From contig OZ038378.1 of assembly GCA_964036045.1 (NCBI GenBank), positions 137,826,001 through 137,890,000 of the forward strand: a stretch of 64,000 nucleotides of DNA, written 5' to 3'. This stretch comes from Eutreptiella sp. 'Long Island Sound 2002' (taxonomy: Eukaryota; Protista; Euglenida). Position numbers and translations under genes: made by a program. Shown here piece by piece: positions 22,151-35,108 of the stretch (positions within the stretch are counted from its first letter, which is position 1; every line of letters begins with the position of its first letter). Below the pieces are notes generated by a model. The model saw nothing but the letters and a program-made list of their open reading frames with translations. It was not told the origin of the DNA and did not search any database.

Positions 22151-23183
22151 GTAGACACGGGAGCATACTGTAAAGTTGGCGCTGACTTGATTATTTGCTG
22201 CCAAAGCATGAGCAACTAGCACATGAGAGCCATGGGGATACACAAAACCTGCGAAGAGAAAAAGGATACCCTCCCTAACCTTAACCGCACTGCAACAAGC
22301 GAGACACCCTCATAACCCCACACCCAGACACTCAGGGGCTGTAAGTGGGGGGTCTCCTTGCCCCCCCCCCCCCCCTCCCAACCCTAGACGTGGTTGATTA
22401 CGCTCCTATGGTATGACCCAATGGACCCCCCCACCCCACCCTCATGCATCTACTAGCAACTATAACCTTTGCCCTTCCAAACAACTGTGTGAGCAATGCA
22501 ACAATGGTTTGACCCCAACGGACCCCCCCACCACTGCATCCACTATCACCTATAACCTATGCCCTTCCCAACAAATTTGTGAGCAATGCAACAAAGATTA
22601 AGAAATGTAATGTGTATTGTTTTGATTTGTTATTTGTGTTCTAGTGTAGAATACATCTAGGCTAGAATGATTCCTGTTCTAGTCTACGTTCTAGCTAGAT
22701 GTTGTGGGGTAGAATGCCCTGGCGATGTCATTTTAGGCTAGAACGAAATTGTGCGTGCTAGCGTGTATCTAGGGATCTACAAAACAAATTGTTCAATATC
22801 CAATGTGTGCAACAAATAGCAGTGACAAGACAAAATTGGGGCCCATTCGTACGAATTCGCACGAAATTCGTACGAAATTCGTACGAATTTCGTGCGAATT
22901 TCGTGCGAATTTCACATTCTCGTGGATCTGTGAATCTAGCGTGAATTTATGCGTGAATTTGGGTGCGTGAATTTCACATTCACGCGAATCTCACCAAATG
23001 TGTTGAACCATGCGACTACTTCAAACCTCTAAATTGCACACATTTGTTGGATCTTACTTTGGGCGAAGATAGCACGACAAAAGCACACAATGGCACCAAG
23101 TTACGAGCAAAAAACAGCAAAAATAGGTGAAATTCGCGGTACCGTGAATCTCGGATTCAAACGGCCGGTTCACGAAGGGTACA

Positions 23184-26100
23184 TTGTCCTGCGACTGCTG
23201 GGTCGTTTACCCCCCGTGCAAGCCACCTCCACTGTGCCATGCTACATTTTTTAATTCATTTGCATCGGTTGTGTCTAAGTATGGTGGAACCATTTCAGCA
23301 CTACCGCCGATGCTACTGACCTACCGTGTGCAGTCTAAGGAGTGCAGGGAGTATTTCTCCTTGGTGTACGAGCAGGAAACTGCTTTGCGCGCACACAAAC
23401 TACAGGCTAAATGGTGCACGAAACGGCGTGTGGTGAGAACCTCTTTCTCATGGGAGGGTGTAGCCCAGTCATATATGACATATGATGTAGTCAATAGGCT
23501 TATACACATGTGTAAATCCGCTTCAGGGCGAAAAATATCCTCATGGACTCAGGTAAACCAGGACGTGTCAGTGCTCACGGCTGGGACCTGGATCTATGTC
23601 ATTTGCTCCCCACACGATACCTTTGTGTATATTGGGCAGTGCGGTGCCCAATTCTCTGAACGCCATGCGTTCCAGAGAATGGTAGAGCACATACAAGAGG
23701 CCCGGGACTGGCAGTTGCTACACCGTAACACTAGACGAAAAAACCCATTTTTCGAATGGGTACTGAAACACGGGTTTCATGGGATCCAGCTCTCACTGCT
23801 GGAACTCATTCCCCACGGGAAAGCCGACCTACGAGAGGTCTGGTGGATGCACAGGTTTGCCCGAGCGCTGCTGTTAAACAAATACATCCCTGACCTTCGG
23901 GTTCGCAAATGGGCATGGCTACTCAAGGTAAAAACGATCAAGAACCACCACGAAAAAAGGGAAAAAATTTCAGCGAAAGCTGAAACACTGCACCGTGCTA
24001 CCAATTTTCTGCAACCATTGCGCACGACGCTGTCACTTGCCGAACAATTGAGGTTGGTCGTTGACTCCAGGGATCTTTGCTCTGCAAGTGTTGCAACCCA
24101 GGTTTTCACGCGGGCACAGCGGAATATCCACCGTGAAACAGGGACGAAACTGCCTCGTAAATTTGTGCCGGGAATCCCACTGCTGGACCCTCTAGGAAAA
24201 CGCGCACTACTGCAGGCAGTCGTCTCCACGTTCCAGATCAGTACCCAGGTGCCTGCTCTATACCGCGAGTTTTTATGTAAGTCTGTTGTGTGCGTGCGCA
24301 AGTCCACCCCATCCGTTATGTCTGTGTGCCAATCGTATAAGCCGGAACTCACTACAGATGCTTTTGAACGCAAGCTGCGAGATAATGAGTGGCACTGTAA
24401 CTGTACTGAACTGCACGCCAAGTTTGGCGTTCCATTTGTAAACAGGCATGTTTTTACACGTAATTTCCAATGGCTCAGGCTTCTCTCGCCCGCTTTTGGG
24501 CCTGAAGTGTTTGAGCGAAACATGAAAAATAGGTTAGTACCATCGGTGAGAGCGGTGCCACACACTCTTGCAAAAGAAGTGAACCGTGCTCTTACCAATC
24601 TGCATTTTCTTTCTCCCGCCTCCCAGGCTACTCTCACGGCCCACATCCTGAACGAAGCCCAAAAAGTGTTTGTCCGGGATACGTCCCTGTGCTCGCGAAA
24701 ACACCACGTGTCGGTTGTCCAACAACAGGTGAAACTGCTACCACCTTCATTTGTCCTGGGCCCTTTCGACAAGGGCACGTCCAAGCTATGGATGGCTTGT
24801 GAGGGATATTTTTTCCCGCAGTTCCATAGCAATTTCTACCAGGCGCCGAAACGTTTTACTGAAATTATAAGGTCACAATCTCATTTACACGCGTCGACTG
24901 AACTCTATAACTACCTGGTGTCTGGTGCCGGGGCCTACCTGCGTACCAAAGTCACGCCGCAGCCACCAGTTCCACTTTGTGACCCCTTGCGACACCGTGT
25001 CACTGAGCGGCTTACGCACATCTCATCGCTCGTGAAAAAACATAATGCATGGTGCAAGGAAAATCAAAAGCCAAAACAGGCGGTTTTACCGATGTCCAAT
25101 GAATGCCGCGGTTTTTGGACACAACTTGTGGACCAGGGAACTCGCAAACTAAAATCCTGCAAGAACCGGCCGTGTGAATCACAGGGGACTAATTCACGTT
25201 TAGTTCGCTCTATAACCAGGGGCCTGCGTACCCCACGGGAAAGGCTTCCTGGTGTAGCTCGGGGAGCCCCGCCTCGGGAGTCCCATACGAATGTGTGTGA
25301 CTGCTGATGGATGGTACGGCCCCCGCCTGAGCCCCCACCTGACCAGCCCCCCTGTGCGCAGTGGACACCGCGACGTGGACGCCACTCAAGGCCCGTCTCG
25401 ATGTCAACTATCCTGTCCCTGGGCTGTGTCTCCATGCAACTTGTTGCCTCTTTTGTTGGTGAGCAAGACGGGATGGCCTGGCTTCTCTCTAGCAAACAAA
25501 TTCTGTTTAGGGCTATTACCTTCATCCGATTTTCTGATTTGTACTGGACGAAATTGTCTCGCCTATCTCGATGGGCGTTGCAATCATGCACACTTATCAG
25601 TTGTCCTATTTTTCAGGCGTCGGTTTCCAGTGATTTCCTGCAGCCGTTGGCCAATATACCCAAACTCCCAATGGGTACGAGCCTGAACCAAACGTGCAGA
25701 CCCCATACGAAGTTATTCCCGGTGCCTAACTCGCAGTTGCTCGTTAAATACAAGTCCAGGGAACATAAGGCCGCCATGAAAGCACGGGAAGTGTTAACTC
25801 TGGATAAACACCCTTACAGGAGACTTGGAAAACTCATAGGGAGATGTGTGTCACTTTTGTGGAAAGAAGCGATCACAGTACTGGACTCCAAGGAAATTGT
25901 GGCGATGAGCGATATCCTTCACCCCGTTCGTGAATGGTTGTCAAAACTGACCGACCCCCCACCGGGGACTGAATTCCGTTGGTTGGAATTTGACATCAAG
26001 GAAATGTTTCCTGTAATACACCGGGATGATTTGCTGCCGGCGCTCTGTTGGATACTTGAACAGGTTTTACAGAACAGTAAAAAGAGGAGCACTCCGGTTC

Positions 26101-26837
26101 TTCGTTTCAAAAGATGGAAATTGCAAATTGGATAATTGCTCTCGAGGGGCTAGAGATGCGTTCCATGCGTTTACGTTTTCCGATGTCGTGCACTATGTTC
26201 TGTTCGAAATGTTCGTTGGGGACTGTTTTTTAAATTTGTCATCCGTGATCAGCCAGAATACAGGAATACCCATTGGAGGCTCCTGCTCAGCACAACTGGC
26301 CAGCCTGGTGTTGATCTACCGAGAAAAATCGCAGGATTTGCAGGGCTCTCTGAACTGTGGTCGTTGGTTGCGGTATAGGGACAATTTTCTGTTTCTTCGG
26401 GCGATGCCACTGGACAGCGCTGAAGCGAATCGAGTGTGCTGTAAGCGAGCAGAACTGATCTAAAACACCTTACAGGAATGGACATCACAGTGGAACAGGA
26501 TAGCTGCACACTGAGATTTCCGGAGTGCATGCTTAGTGACCCACTGGGGGATCACCCACTGTCCTTACCCGATTTCTTGTGCTGCATAAGTGACTCCACA
26601 CCTCCTCAGGTTGAAAAATTAATGGACCCGACTGCTCCAGGATGTGCTTCTATGCTCCGGTCGCTCTTACCTAGCTGGGTCAAGAAAGCTGCACATTACA
26701 GACTGTCATGTTTCACGGCCGAACGCAATCTGGAGTTTTTACAGCAACTGCTCACACGGAAAGCTCACCCCACTAGTACGTGGAAGCCACTTCTACGGAA
26801 AGGAGCTAGAGCATGGGGCCTGAATCCACCGCAATGA
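23184..26837 (+). pseudogene. PLE-C1 ORF2: GIY-YIG, CxC and RT (stop at 25307, frameshifts near 26100 and 26450)
   Basis: WIYVICSPHDTFVYIGQ; HCNCT...RHVFTR; GPFDKG; EFDIKEMFP; GIPIGGSCSAQLA; LRYRDNFL. Confidence 0.9.
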
Positions 26838-26839
26838 CA

Positions 26840-27165
26840 TGCATAAAGGAATGTCCTGCCTAACCTTGAGCCATGCCAGTGAAGGTGTATGTGTTGCTGA
26901 ATAGACACGGGGTCTTGTGTGAAGGTGGGACTACACGTACCCGAATTGTACTATATGCATTTTCTGGAGGGTCAAGTATGTGCGAATTTCATGGTTTGCA
27001 TATACACGCTGTTCTACAGAAACCCCATGTGGTAGCTGTGCTGTTTGATTTGTTGGCTTCTTTTGCACTGCCTGTGTCTTGGAATGTGCCAAATTGAGCT
27101 GCACCACCACACGCCTGACGACGTAGAACAGCATCCTCGGCTAGATCAACTAGAAGATTTAAGTT
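26840..27165 (+). repeat. PLE-C 3' terminal region, also serving as the 5' pseudo-LTR of copy 2 (second copy 46890-47217)
   Basis: Direct repeat of 46890-47217, immediately upstream of the copy-2 ORF1. Confidence 0.82.
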
Positions 27166-27309
27166 ACGAACCCCGGACGCGAACCTCATCCGCCCGGTAA
27201 CTATATATTCTCGCCGCCTCCCACTCGTTGAATACGAGCAGTTCGCAATCTTATCTGTTTTTCGGACTTCACGGAAGTTGTCTTCACGGCTAACGTCCTT
27301 GTCATTAGC

Positions 27310-29558
27310 ATGCAGAATGTGTCTACGTTTAATACGGGAATGCCAGTCCCACAAACTGTGCAGCAGACGCCGCAACAAAATGTTCCTCAGCCAGAAGCGC
27401 ATCCACACGCTCAACACCATGCTGGTCATCCGGCAGGCATCTATTCTCTACTACCACAAGCCCAGGGTATGCATGTTCAACAACCCTCAAACCAGGGTCT
27501 CATGCAGCAAGTGGGACAGTCACCGGCAGTGCATTTGCACGGTACCAACTTGACACCTGGCAATTGACAATTGGGAGGCTTTGTACCGGAAATGCCTATG
27601 ACAGTCTATGACAGTCTACACCGGTGCCCTCGTCGGCTTCCTCAGCGACCCCTTCGCAATTTACGCCAAACAGTGTCGCGATGACCCAAGCGAATCCGTG
27701 GAGCATGTCCCCAACACAACCAGTGGCGCTCTTTCAGGACAGCGGACATCAGCGGGGACAGGGTGAACAAAATCAAACTGGACGGCAACAACCTGACATG
27801 CAGCTGGGTTTCCCGATGCACACTCCGAGTACTGCGACCCGATTTGCTCCGACTTACCCTACGGGTGGCCTGTGGAGAGGTATGCAGCCAATGCACAATT
27901 GGTCCTCTCCGATAACCATGGGGCCCCGAGGACCTAATGCTGGAGGCGGAGGAAATTTCTCGAGCCCCTGGCCCTGCCCGAATTCTGGAGTCCCTGGTCA
28001 CAGCTACAAGATGTGTACCGCGCTAACTGGTCTGCCACTGGACTCCGAAAAGATCGCTGCTCATATTGCGAATATGGAGCAACGCGATCAAATAAAAGGT
28101 ATGCAAACGGCCCAGGTCAATCAAGCACTGTTAGCGCGGGGACTTGGCCATCTCCAACAGCCATTGCCCAGTGAGCTGAAGCGGATGCGCAACAGCCCCT
28201 ATGGAACGTACGGTCGCGGAACCGCGCCAAATGTGGGATGGCACGGTCACCAATATCCCCAGCAACCGCACGGTCCGAACGTACAGACGATGCATATGCT
28301 GCAGCAACAGTCACTGGGTCCTGGATATGCCTCCGGGTAGGTGAAAATGTGCCCCTCAAGCATGATGCCCCATGGCCAACAGCCTGTTATGTTTGCCTGT
28401 CCACCATCCGACCCACTGCCTCCTCTACCGGTTTCCCCGCCTGCTATGGCTGCGTCTGAGACAGAACGGGTAGTGGTCTGGGGACCTTTCAAGGGTGCCA
28501 TCCCCAATGCCCATGAGGAGACCATAGCGAGACTCCAACCACTCAGGGGATACAAATCGTGGTCAGCCTCCGATCGGTGGAATGAATCTATTCTGGTTAT
28601 TTTCGACTCTAAAGAAAATGCTGACAATGCGGCTGTGGTACTACGCGCTATCACCATGACGACGGCGGACGGCACAGCACTCAATCTCGAGACAAAAAAG
28701 CAAGTCATAAAGACCGAACACCCCCAGTTTCGTCCCCCAGCGACTCCAGCGGATCTACCTAAGCGGGACAGCGAAATGATGAACGAAGGGGGCCCAGACC
28801 ATACGGGTGACCTCACGATGGCGCAAACGGAGGAGTCGAAGGCGTCGAAGGTGACACCAGAGCCCAAACGCTACAAGAAGCCTGCCTCCGATAAAGACAA
28901 AGGAGGTGCGAACGATACTGCGGGGGCGTCGTCGTCTGCTGATGGAAACCCGACCTGCACGCATGTGGCCGACACTAGCGATGACCCTGGGAGTTTGCCA
29001 GTCGTCGCGGTACGTCGCTTCGAAAAAATAGAGCGGGCACAGCAACTGCAAGGCGAAGCCATCGAGGCCCAAGGCAAACAGCTGGTCTCCCTGGAGACTA
29101 AAGTGAACGACACATCCACTCAAGTGGGACAGGTGAGCAGCAATGTGAAACAGATGCTGAGAGCCCAACAGGAACAGGCTATCAAAAACAGCCGTGAGTG
29201 GCATAACGTGGGCGAAATCGACGCCGTGGGCCGTCAATGTCTGCAGGGATCAGTGAAAAAGCCGAAAACTGGTACGGCGTACTACATCATTGCGCCTGAC
29301 ATATGTGGCTCTCGGTACACTGCGCATCAAGCCTTGGTGCGAGATACGGATGGACCTCGGGTGTTCTCGAGACCTACGGCAGATGGTGTCGAGGGCTTCA
29401 GTGCTGACAGCGATGATAACGAGAGTACACTGGATTGGGTGTTTGAGAAGGTGGAGGTTGCGACCGATATCACCGGGAAACTTAATCGTCATCTACACGA
29501 ACAGCACGAACGGCTGAAACGTACACTCAGGACAGCGGACGCTGTGGTTGTGGAATGA
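27310..29558 (+). pseudogene. PLE-C ORF1: Q/P-rich N-terminus, degenerate Zn knuckle, RRM-like domain, coiled coil
   Basis: CPNSGVPGHSYKMC (C-X2-S-X4-H-X4-C); RVVVWGP...SILVIFDSKENADNAAVVL...LNLE fits an RRM pattern; heptads at about 29020-29170; premature stops at 27567 and 28340. Confidence 0.68.
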
Positions 29559-29582
29559 TCTGATGCTGATTCGGAGTTTGCT

Positions 29583-30240
29583 ATGGCCGACCTACATGAG
29601 GAACGGCGACTACTGCCGATGTGGGAGTCCCTTCTGAGCAGTTTCCGGATCGTGCATGCCATGGCGAGGCAACACTTAGCTTTCCTCCCCCCTAATGGGC
29701 ATGACGTTGTGGCCATCTCAGCGACGGCAATGGAATGCCTTACGGCTATTCAAGACGTGCACACAGCAAACCACCCCTATGGCGCCCTCCCAGGCAACCC
29801 ACCAACTTTCCTGATGTGTAATTCCATTTTTCGGGGACTCACTCGACGGGAAGCTTTGGGTGTGCCCTCATCCCCTCTATTGGAAAAAATACAAACACAG
29901 CTCCATGGCCTACATGTCCTCAAGGACAGAGGTCATCAGTTGCAACAAGAATTTCGGGATGCCTGCTATGCAGCGAAATGCCTGAACTCTACTGACCGCA
30001 GCTTGTCCACATTTGTACGTTTTCACACGCACCTACCACTACCTAAGACTCTCGCCCAGTGGTGTCCGGTCCTAACCTGTTTTTGGAGGGGTTTGCAATG
30101 CTCCCGAAATCTAGCGAGGGTTTGGGAGCAGTGGGCCCTGCAGCGGGATCTCTACGTGTGGTCGGATGTGAAAACCGCTCAGGTTATGCAGTTTTTCCAA
30201 GACCTGCAGGTCCTCAGTCTTCATACTCTGGGGGCTACAT
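29583..30240 (+). pseudogene. PLE-C2 ORF2, first segment
   Basis: ATG 24 nt after the ORF1 stop; cut at HTLGAT-S by the YR element. Confidence 0.82.
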
Positions 30241-30321
30241 CTCACGGTGCTTGTCACCGTTGGTTTACCTCTACCTCTTCCCCTTTCAGGCAGTGTGTTT
30301 TCACTTTCTGTTTTTTGTACC

Positions 30322-30996
30322 ATGAACCTTTTCACCCCCAACAAGTCAGCCAGCCCCCCGAAGCAATCGGACAATCGCGGCGTAGAGTCGTCGGTTGGAC
30401 CGTCCACTTCTTCGCAGACGAATCCCGACCTGGAGGCCTTGGTCCGGCAGCAAGCAGCAGAGTTGGAGGGCCTTCGCAGAAGGCTCGAGAAGGCGGAACT
30501 GGCCTCGCCCAAGACGCCACGGCTCATCGCGGAGGCCTTGGCGGAGTTCCGTGGCCGTGAACGGCTGGCCGGGTGGATGAAGCAGACCGCGGAGTCCCTG
30601 GAGCAGTGTGTGCAGCAGGTACCCCAAGCGGACATGGAGGGCAACGAGGACCAAACGCCAGGGGAGGTCCTGGCGAACCGTGTCTCGGACACCCTGTGGG
30701 ACAGCCATAAGGCGTATGAAGGACGACAACGAGCCCGCGAAGACGCCGAGTCCGCCGAAGGCCGGCAGCTGGATGCCCTCCAGTGGTCTCAGGCCTCCGC
30801 CCACCCGGCGGATTCTTTTCGGTGGCGAGGGGTTCGGTTCGTGCCTGAGGGAGGTGTCCTCAAATGGGTCAATGCATCGGGACGGAAAGTCCCCGTGTCC
30901 GCCCCGGCGCCAGGGGAATGCCGCCGTTGCAAGGCCCACAGCCCTGCGACCGCTGCCCCTAAGCACTGGCACTTTCAGTGCCCACACAGGGCCTGA
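30322..30996 (+). CDS. YR element gag-like ORF
   Basis: Coiled coil LVRQQAAELEGLRRRLE; C-terminal CRRC-X11-HWHFQC knuckle. Confidence 0.7.
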   Translation: MNLFTPNKSASPPKQSDNRGVESSVGPSTSSQTNPDLEALVRQQAAELEGLRRRLEKAELASPKTPRLIAEALAEFRGRERLAGWMKQTAESLEQCVQQVPQADMEGNEDQTPGEVLANRVSDTLWDSHKAYEGRQRAREDAESAEGRQLDALQWSQASAHPADSFRWRGVRFVPEGGVLKWVNASGRKVPVSAPAPGECRRCKAHSPATAAPKHWHFQCPHRA

Positions 30997-32060
30997 CTGG
31001 ACGACCCTGCCAGGGGTGGGGGGGGCGGTCAGCGGGCGGCCTTCTGCTCGCGGGCCGTGCCCGCGGCGGTTGCCCCGGAGGTTGCGCCCGGGTTTTTTGC
31101 CAGCTTTGCAGGCCTGGCGTTTTCGGGAGCGGCTGGCGAAGTCGCACGAGCGGGCCTACCCCCGGGTGGCGGCCATGCATTCTTGGAAGCAGCGCACAAG
31201 GCAACGGTATGGGTCGGCTATTCACCAACTGGCGGAGTTCGAGGCATGCATCCCGACCAAAGCCCTACCAGAAGTCCTCTCCCTCTGCATGGCGGAGCGT
31301 GCAGCAGACGGCCACTCCGCATCCGGGCTGCGAGGGCTTGCGTCTGCCGTGCGAGCAGCAGAGGATTTGGCCTTGGTCCCCCGGGTTGTGGCAGCCCTTC
31401 ACTGGCGCATTGCCAATTCGGGGCGAGGCCCAGGCCCACAGGCGTACGTGTCACCCCGAGCCCTCGTGCACATCTGGAATGCGGCCACCGCGCCGGACGA
31501 CAGGGCGGTCGCGGCGCTGGCGGCCCTGTTGTGGACGATGTGGCTCCGGGTTGGGGAGGCCGCCTCCATCAGGTAATGTGACCTCGGCCGTAAGGAGGGC
31601 CTCTGGTTCTACAGCACCAAGGTTGGGGAGTCCGGATGGGTCTGTCGACCAGCCGCGGCTTACGCAAGGTGCTGGATGGAGTTCCTCCGGGTCTACTACA
31701 AAGCTAAGGGGAAGCGGCCTGACGAGCCCGTTTTCGAAGGGGGGGCCCCCTTCCTCGAGGACGCCATCAGCCGCCTGCTCCGCGACACCAAGTGGGCTTA
31801 TGCTCGCTGGCATGCTCTCCGGAGAGGAGGTTCCGCGGCATGTTGGGTGCGCAAACCCGCCACCTAGTACTTCCTCTTCTGGGGGCGGTGGGCTGGCTTG
31901 CGTACAGCCATGGGTTACGCCCTGGGGTTTCGAGATCCGGAGGTTGTGGGTAACTTGGTGTTACCGCATGTTGGCGAGGCTGTGGGCCTGGGCCCGCGCG
32001 GTACGGTTCTACCTGCGGCTCTGTGGGGTTTGGCTATGTACGACCTCCCGCGGTTTACGA
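30997..32060 (+). pseudogene. Tyrosine recombinase (TAA at 31574, TAG at 31865); boundaries approximate
   Basis: WLRVGE (R), STK (K), HALRRGG (HxxR), GRW, MGY (Y), all in one frame. Confidence 0.88.
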
Positions 32061-32876
32061 AGCCTCCAATGGAACCGCCGCACCCGAGCCCACCGCCTCT
32101 TCTTGTGCATGCTGGCGGCAGTCTGGTGGAGGACGTCCCGGACGAGCAGGGCAACGCCGACGCTACCGTTGACAACCCCCAGTCGTGCCCATCCCCGGCC
32201 GTCCCAGGGCCTCTGTCAGAGCCACGACCAACATCCCCTTCCTGCCCTGCACCCAGTCCGCCTCCCCTGAGCTGCCCCCTCAGGTCATCGTCCTGTCCGA
32301 TTCTGACTCGGATGAGGATGTTGGAGATGGGTCGGGGGTTCGTAGGGTTATGGAGTGTGTGCCAAATATGGGGAGCGTTGCTGCTCCGGCAGATGCCTTC
32401 AGGGTTTGAGCGCCCGGCCCTGGGGGGTCGGAGTCCCGTAAGCGACCCCGGGAACCGGGGCCACGGCGGCAGCAGTACGCGCCCCCCCCCCCCCCCATGT
32501 CCGGCAGTACCGTGTGCCTTCCCCTTCCCGGGTGGGTGGCCCCGATGCGGTTGTCCCGACAGTTCGGCAGCAGCGCCTTGTGCCCAAGAGGCGGATTCCC
32601 GAAGTTACGGAGTGCCCGCCCCGTAAGCGACCCGCGGTTGGTCAGGGTCTTGCCCCCGGTCGTGAGGTTTTCCGCCGCCACGGGTGGGAGTGGGGGGGGG
32701 GGCTCTGGCACCCGGTCTTCGTGATGTGCCCAGGCCACCCACGGGGTCCGTGGGAGGGGCGGGGTCCTCGGGACATCAGCGTTTGGGCGCCGTGGCTGTC
32801 GGCTGCGAAGCGTCTAATGCCGCGCCCTCCGCCCCCCCCCCCCCCCCCGGGCCTCGTGTGGTGGCTGGGCTAGGCT

Positions 32877-35051
32877 GTGGGCGGTGCGCAAGTTGGTCGA
32901 AGGTGGTGGGCGGTGGTCTTGGCGGTGGCGGTTGGCAGGGGCTGGGGAGCAACCGTCGGAACAAGCGGTGGAGGTGGGGCAACCCCCGAGGGGGGTGGGG
33001 GCCTCGTATGCCTGGCGACCGCCAGGGGAGACGTCCACGACAGTGGAAAAGTTGCGGACGCAAGGGACAGTAGTCTTGGCGCGGGCAGAGGGTCTGGGTG
33101 TGGGGGGGGAGGGTCGGTGGAGGGCCCCCCTCCTGGCCTACCTGAGCCGGACTTCCCTAGGGATGGAAGCGATACGCCGGTTGTCCCGCAGTTCCTGGTG
33201 GCACTGCCCCTGTACGCCCGAGTGCTTGCCCTGTTTTCGGGTTTTGCGTGCTGGCTACAGCGCAAGCTGTCAGCACCGGGCCCTTTACTCATGCAGCGGA
33301 TTGAGTTGTTTGTAGATAGGCTTTTCCGGGTGGCGGAGGACTTCGCCCTGGTGTCCGCACTGGATGTGATTTGTCTGGCGCTGTGCGAGTTTGCCGAAGC
33401 GGCGTGGGAGGCACTACTTCACTTGAATATGTCGCCCAAGCCGTCGCTCGCGGCGGTGGTCCCAGAAGTGGTCCAGCGCGGGCTGGGGGCCGTGGGGTCA
33501 TACCCGATTCCGGGTGATTTGTGGAGGGAAGATGTCCGGGCCGACGTTTTGGAGGCTGCGGAGGCTTACAACGTTGAGGAGGATCCCCAGGGTGGGGCGG
33601 GTAGGGTGTCCGGTTTGGTCGGTCAGTTCTTTTCCGCTGTCGGGCATCTGGGCATTTTCAGGGAGCTCCCAGCCGGTACTGCGCCGTCGGTTTTTCCGTT
33701 CATTATCCCTAAATCATCCCGTAAGGTCAGCCTTATACTGTCTTGCGTAGGGTTAAATGAGGAGTCTCCGGATCCCCCCCATTCTGCCTTGCCCTCCTGG
33801 GAGGGCATTTGCCGACTGCTGAACCAGACACCGCCCGATCGGCAGCTGTATGCCACGCATATTGACCTGACCAACGCTTTCTGGAGTTTTATCCTGCCGG
33901 AAGGACTGGACAGGGCTTTCCGGGCTAGGGTGCGGCCGGGGGGAACGGTGGTGGGGGCGACACGATTGCCTTTTGGCTGGAAGTTTTCGCCATACCTGTG
34001 CCAGCGGATCCTAGGGGACTTATTGCGAAAGCTCGTCCCCCAAGGTGTGGAGTTGCTGCATTACTTGGACGATTTCGTCCTGGTCTCAGCCGATCGTCCC
34101 ATGCTGCACGGCACCACCCAAGAGTGTGTGCGTGTGTTGGTTGCACATAAGTTTCTGGTTTCCGATAAGTCCACTTTGGATCCGGTGCAACATCTGTTTG
34201 TGCTGGGAAATTTTTTGGACTTGCAGCGCCGTATGATTTACAGCCACAGGCGCGCGTGGTTGCAGATTTTGGCAGCGTGGTTCCGGTTGGCGGTATCCCC
34301 CATGCCTGGGCCCAAACTGATGGAGAAGTTGCTGGGCTTCATCCAATGGCACATCCGGCCGCGGTTAACCTCCGCGCCCTTGCTAGCGGGCGCGTATTGT
34401 TGGGTCCGGTGGGGAGACCATGATACGAACGTGCCTGTAAAGATCCTGCATGCTTTGGCCTCTGCCTTGTGCTTGTGTGCTGAGCCTTATAGGGCCTTGC
34501 CGTGGGAGAGGGCGAGGCAGTTTGTTTCGCTCTCCCATTCTCCTGTACCTGAACTTTTTCAACGCCTGCGACCATGGTGCTGGTGCGTGGACGCGGCGTG
34601 GCACTTGTTTTCGTATAGGGTGGGGGGGTTTTCGCCGCAAGTGGGTGCCCGAGCTTGGGTGGTGCCCGTGGCACGTCATACGCAACAGACAGCGGAGCTG
34701 GCAGGGTTGTGCTGGGGTGTGCGGATGGCCTTGCGTTTGCAATGGGATTGTGTGTTGTTGGTGACGGACAGTGAGGTGGCGTCGGCACAGCTTGTTCAAC
34801 TGAAGGCGTCCACGTGGTTGAGAATTCAACATGCAATGTTACGTTCGGTGTCACGCCGGTTATGTGCTTCCAGACTACAGGTTTACGTCGTATGGTGTCC
34901 CTTCCATTTGCAGCCCGGTGACCCGCTGAGTAGGGTTCGGTCGGATTTTCACGGCCGCCTTGCTCGAGCGGAAGTGGCATCCCAGGTTCGGTGGGGAAAC
35001 CTGCTGCGCTCGTTGCGCCAGTGCAGGTTCGTGGGAGCCGTGGTCCTGTAA
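32877..35051 (+). CDS. DIRS-type reverse transcriptase and RNase H (true start uncertain, possibly ATG near 33291)
   Basis: FIIPKS; IDLTNAFWSF; LPFGWKFSP; HYLDDF; VDAA, QTAEL and VTDSEV RNase H motifs. Confidence 0.92.
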   Translation: MGGAQVGRRWWAVVLAVAVGRGWGATVGTSGGGGATPEGGGGLVCLATARGDVHDSGKVADARDSSLGAGRGSGCGGGGSVEGPPPGLPEPDFPRDGSDTPVVPQFLVALPLYARVLALFSGFACWLQRKLSAPGPLLMQRIELFVDRLFRVAEDFALVSALDVICLALCEFAEAAWEALLHLNMSPKPSLAAVVPEVVQRGLGAVGSYPIPGDLWREDVRADVLEAAEAYNVEEDPQGGAGRVSGLVGQFFSAVGHLGIFRELPAGTAPSVFPFIIPKSSRKVSLILSCVGLNEESPDPPHSALPSWEGICRLLNQTPPDRQLYATHIDLTNAFWSFILPEGLDRAFRARVRPGGTVVGATRLPFGWKFSPYLCQRILGDLLRKLVPQGVELLHYLDDFVLVSADRPMLHGTTQECVRVLVAHKFLVSDKSTLDPVQHLFVLGNFLDLQRRMIYSHRRAWLQILAAWFRLAVSPMPGPKLMEKLLGFIQWHIRPRLTSAPLLAGAYCWVRWGDHDTNVPVKILHALASALCLCAEPYRALPWERARQFVSLSHSPVPELFQRLRPWCWCVDAAWHLFSYRVGGFSPQVGARAWVVPVARHTQQTAELAGLCWGVRMALRLQWDCVLLVTDSEVASAQLVQLKASTWLRIQHAMLRSVSRRLCASRLQVYVVWCPFHLQPGDPLSRVRSDFHGRLARAEVASQVRWGNLLRSLRQCRFVGAVVL

Positions 35052-35108
35052 TTTTATGGCGGGTTAGCTCTACCCCTGTGTTGTGTGCTGTAGCGTTTTT
35101 GTGAGGGT

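Larger units (their letters stand above)
17821..23183. mobile_element. X1: non-autonomous TGTA...TACA DNA transposon (5363 bp) filled with microsatellites and an LSU rRNA fragment
   Basis: 16-bp TIR TGTACCCTTCGTGAAC; TT TSD (17819-20, 23184-85) confirmed against the empty site at about 36864; both roughly 340-bp ends match X2 in opposite orientation. Confidence 0.92.
16834..27165 (+). mobile_element. PLE family C copy 1 (5'-truncated), interrupted by X1 and directly followed by copy 2
   Basis: Colinear with copy 2 from about 29749; 3' end ...AGAAGATTTAAGTT is shared with 47217. Confidence 0.88.

Noticed and set aside
21297-22219. ORFs overlapping the rRNA fragment
   Set aside because: Incidental frames in rRNA sequence
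22270-22800. Telomere-like CCCTAA and CTAG-rich stretch
   Set aside because: Isolated hexamers only, no array and no defined boundaries
30300-30325. ACTTTCTG as a euglenid spliced-leader remnant
   Set aside because: Only an 8-nt match within a pyrimidine tract
32200-33290. Multiple overlapping G/P/R-rich ORFs on both strands in the YR element
   Set aside because: Very high GC with homopolymer runs and no motifs; likely spurious or frameshift-affected linker
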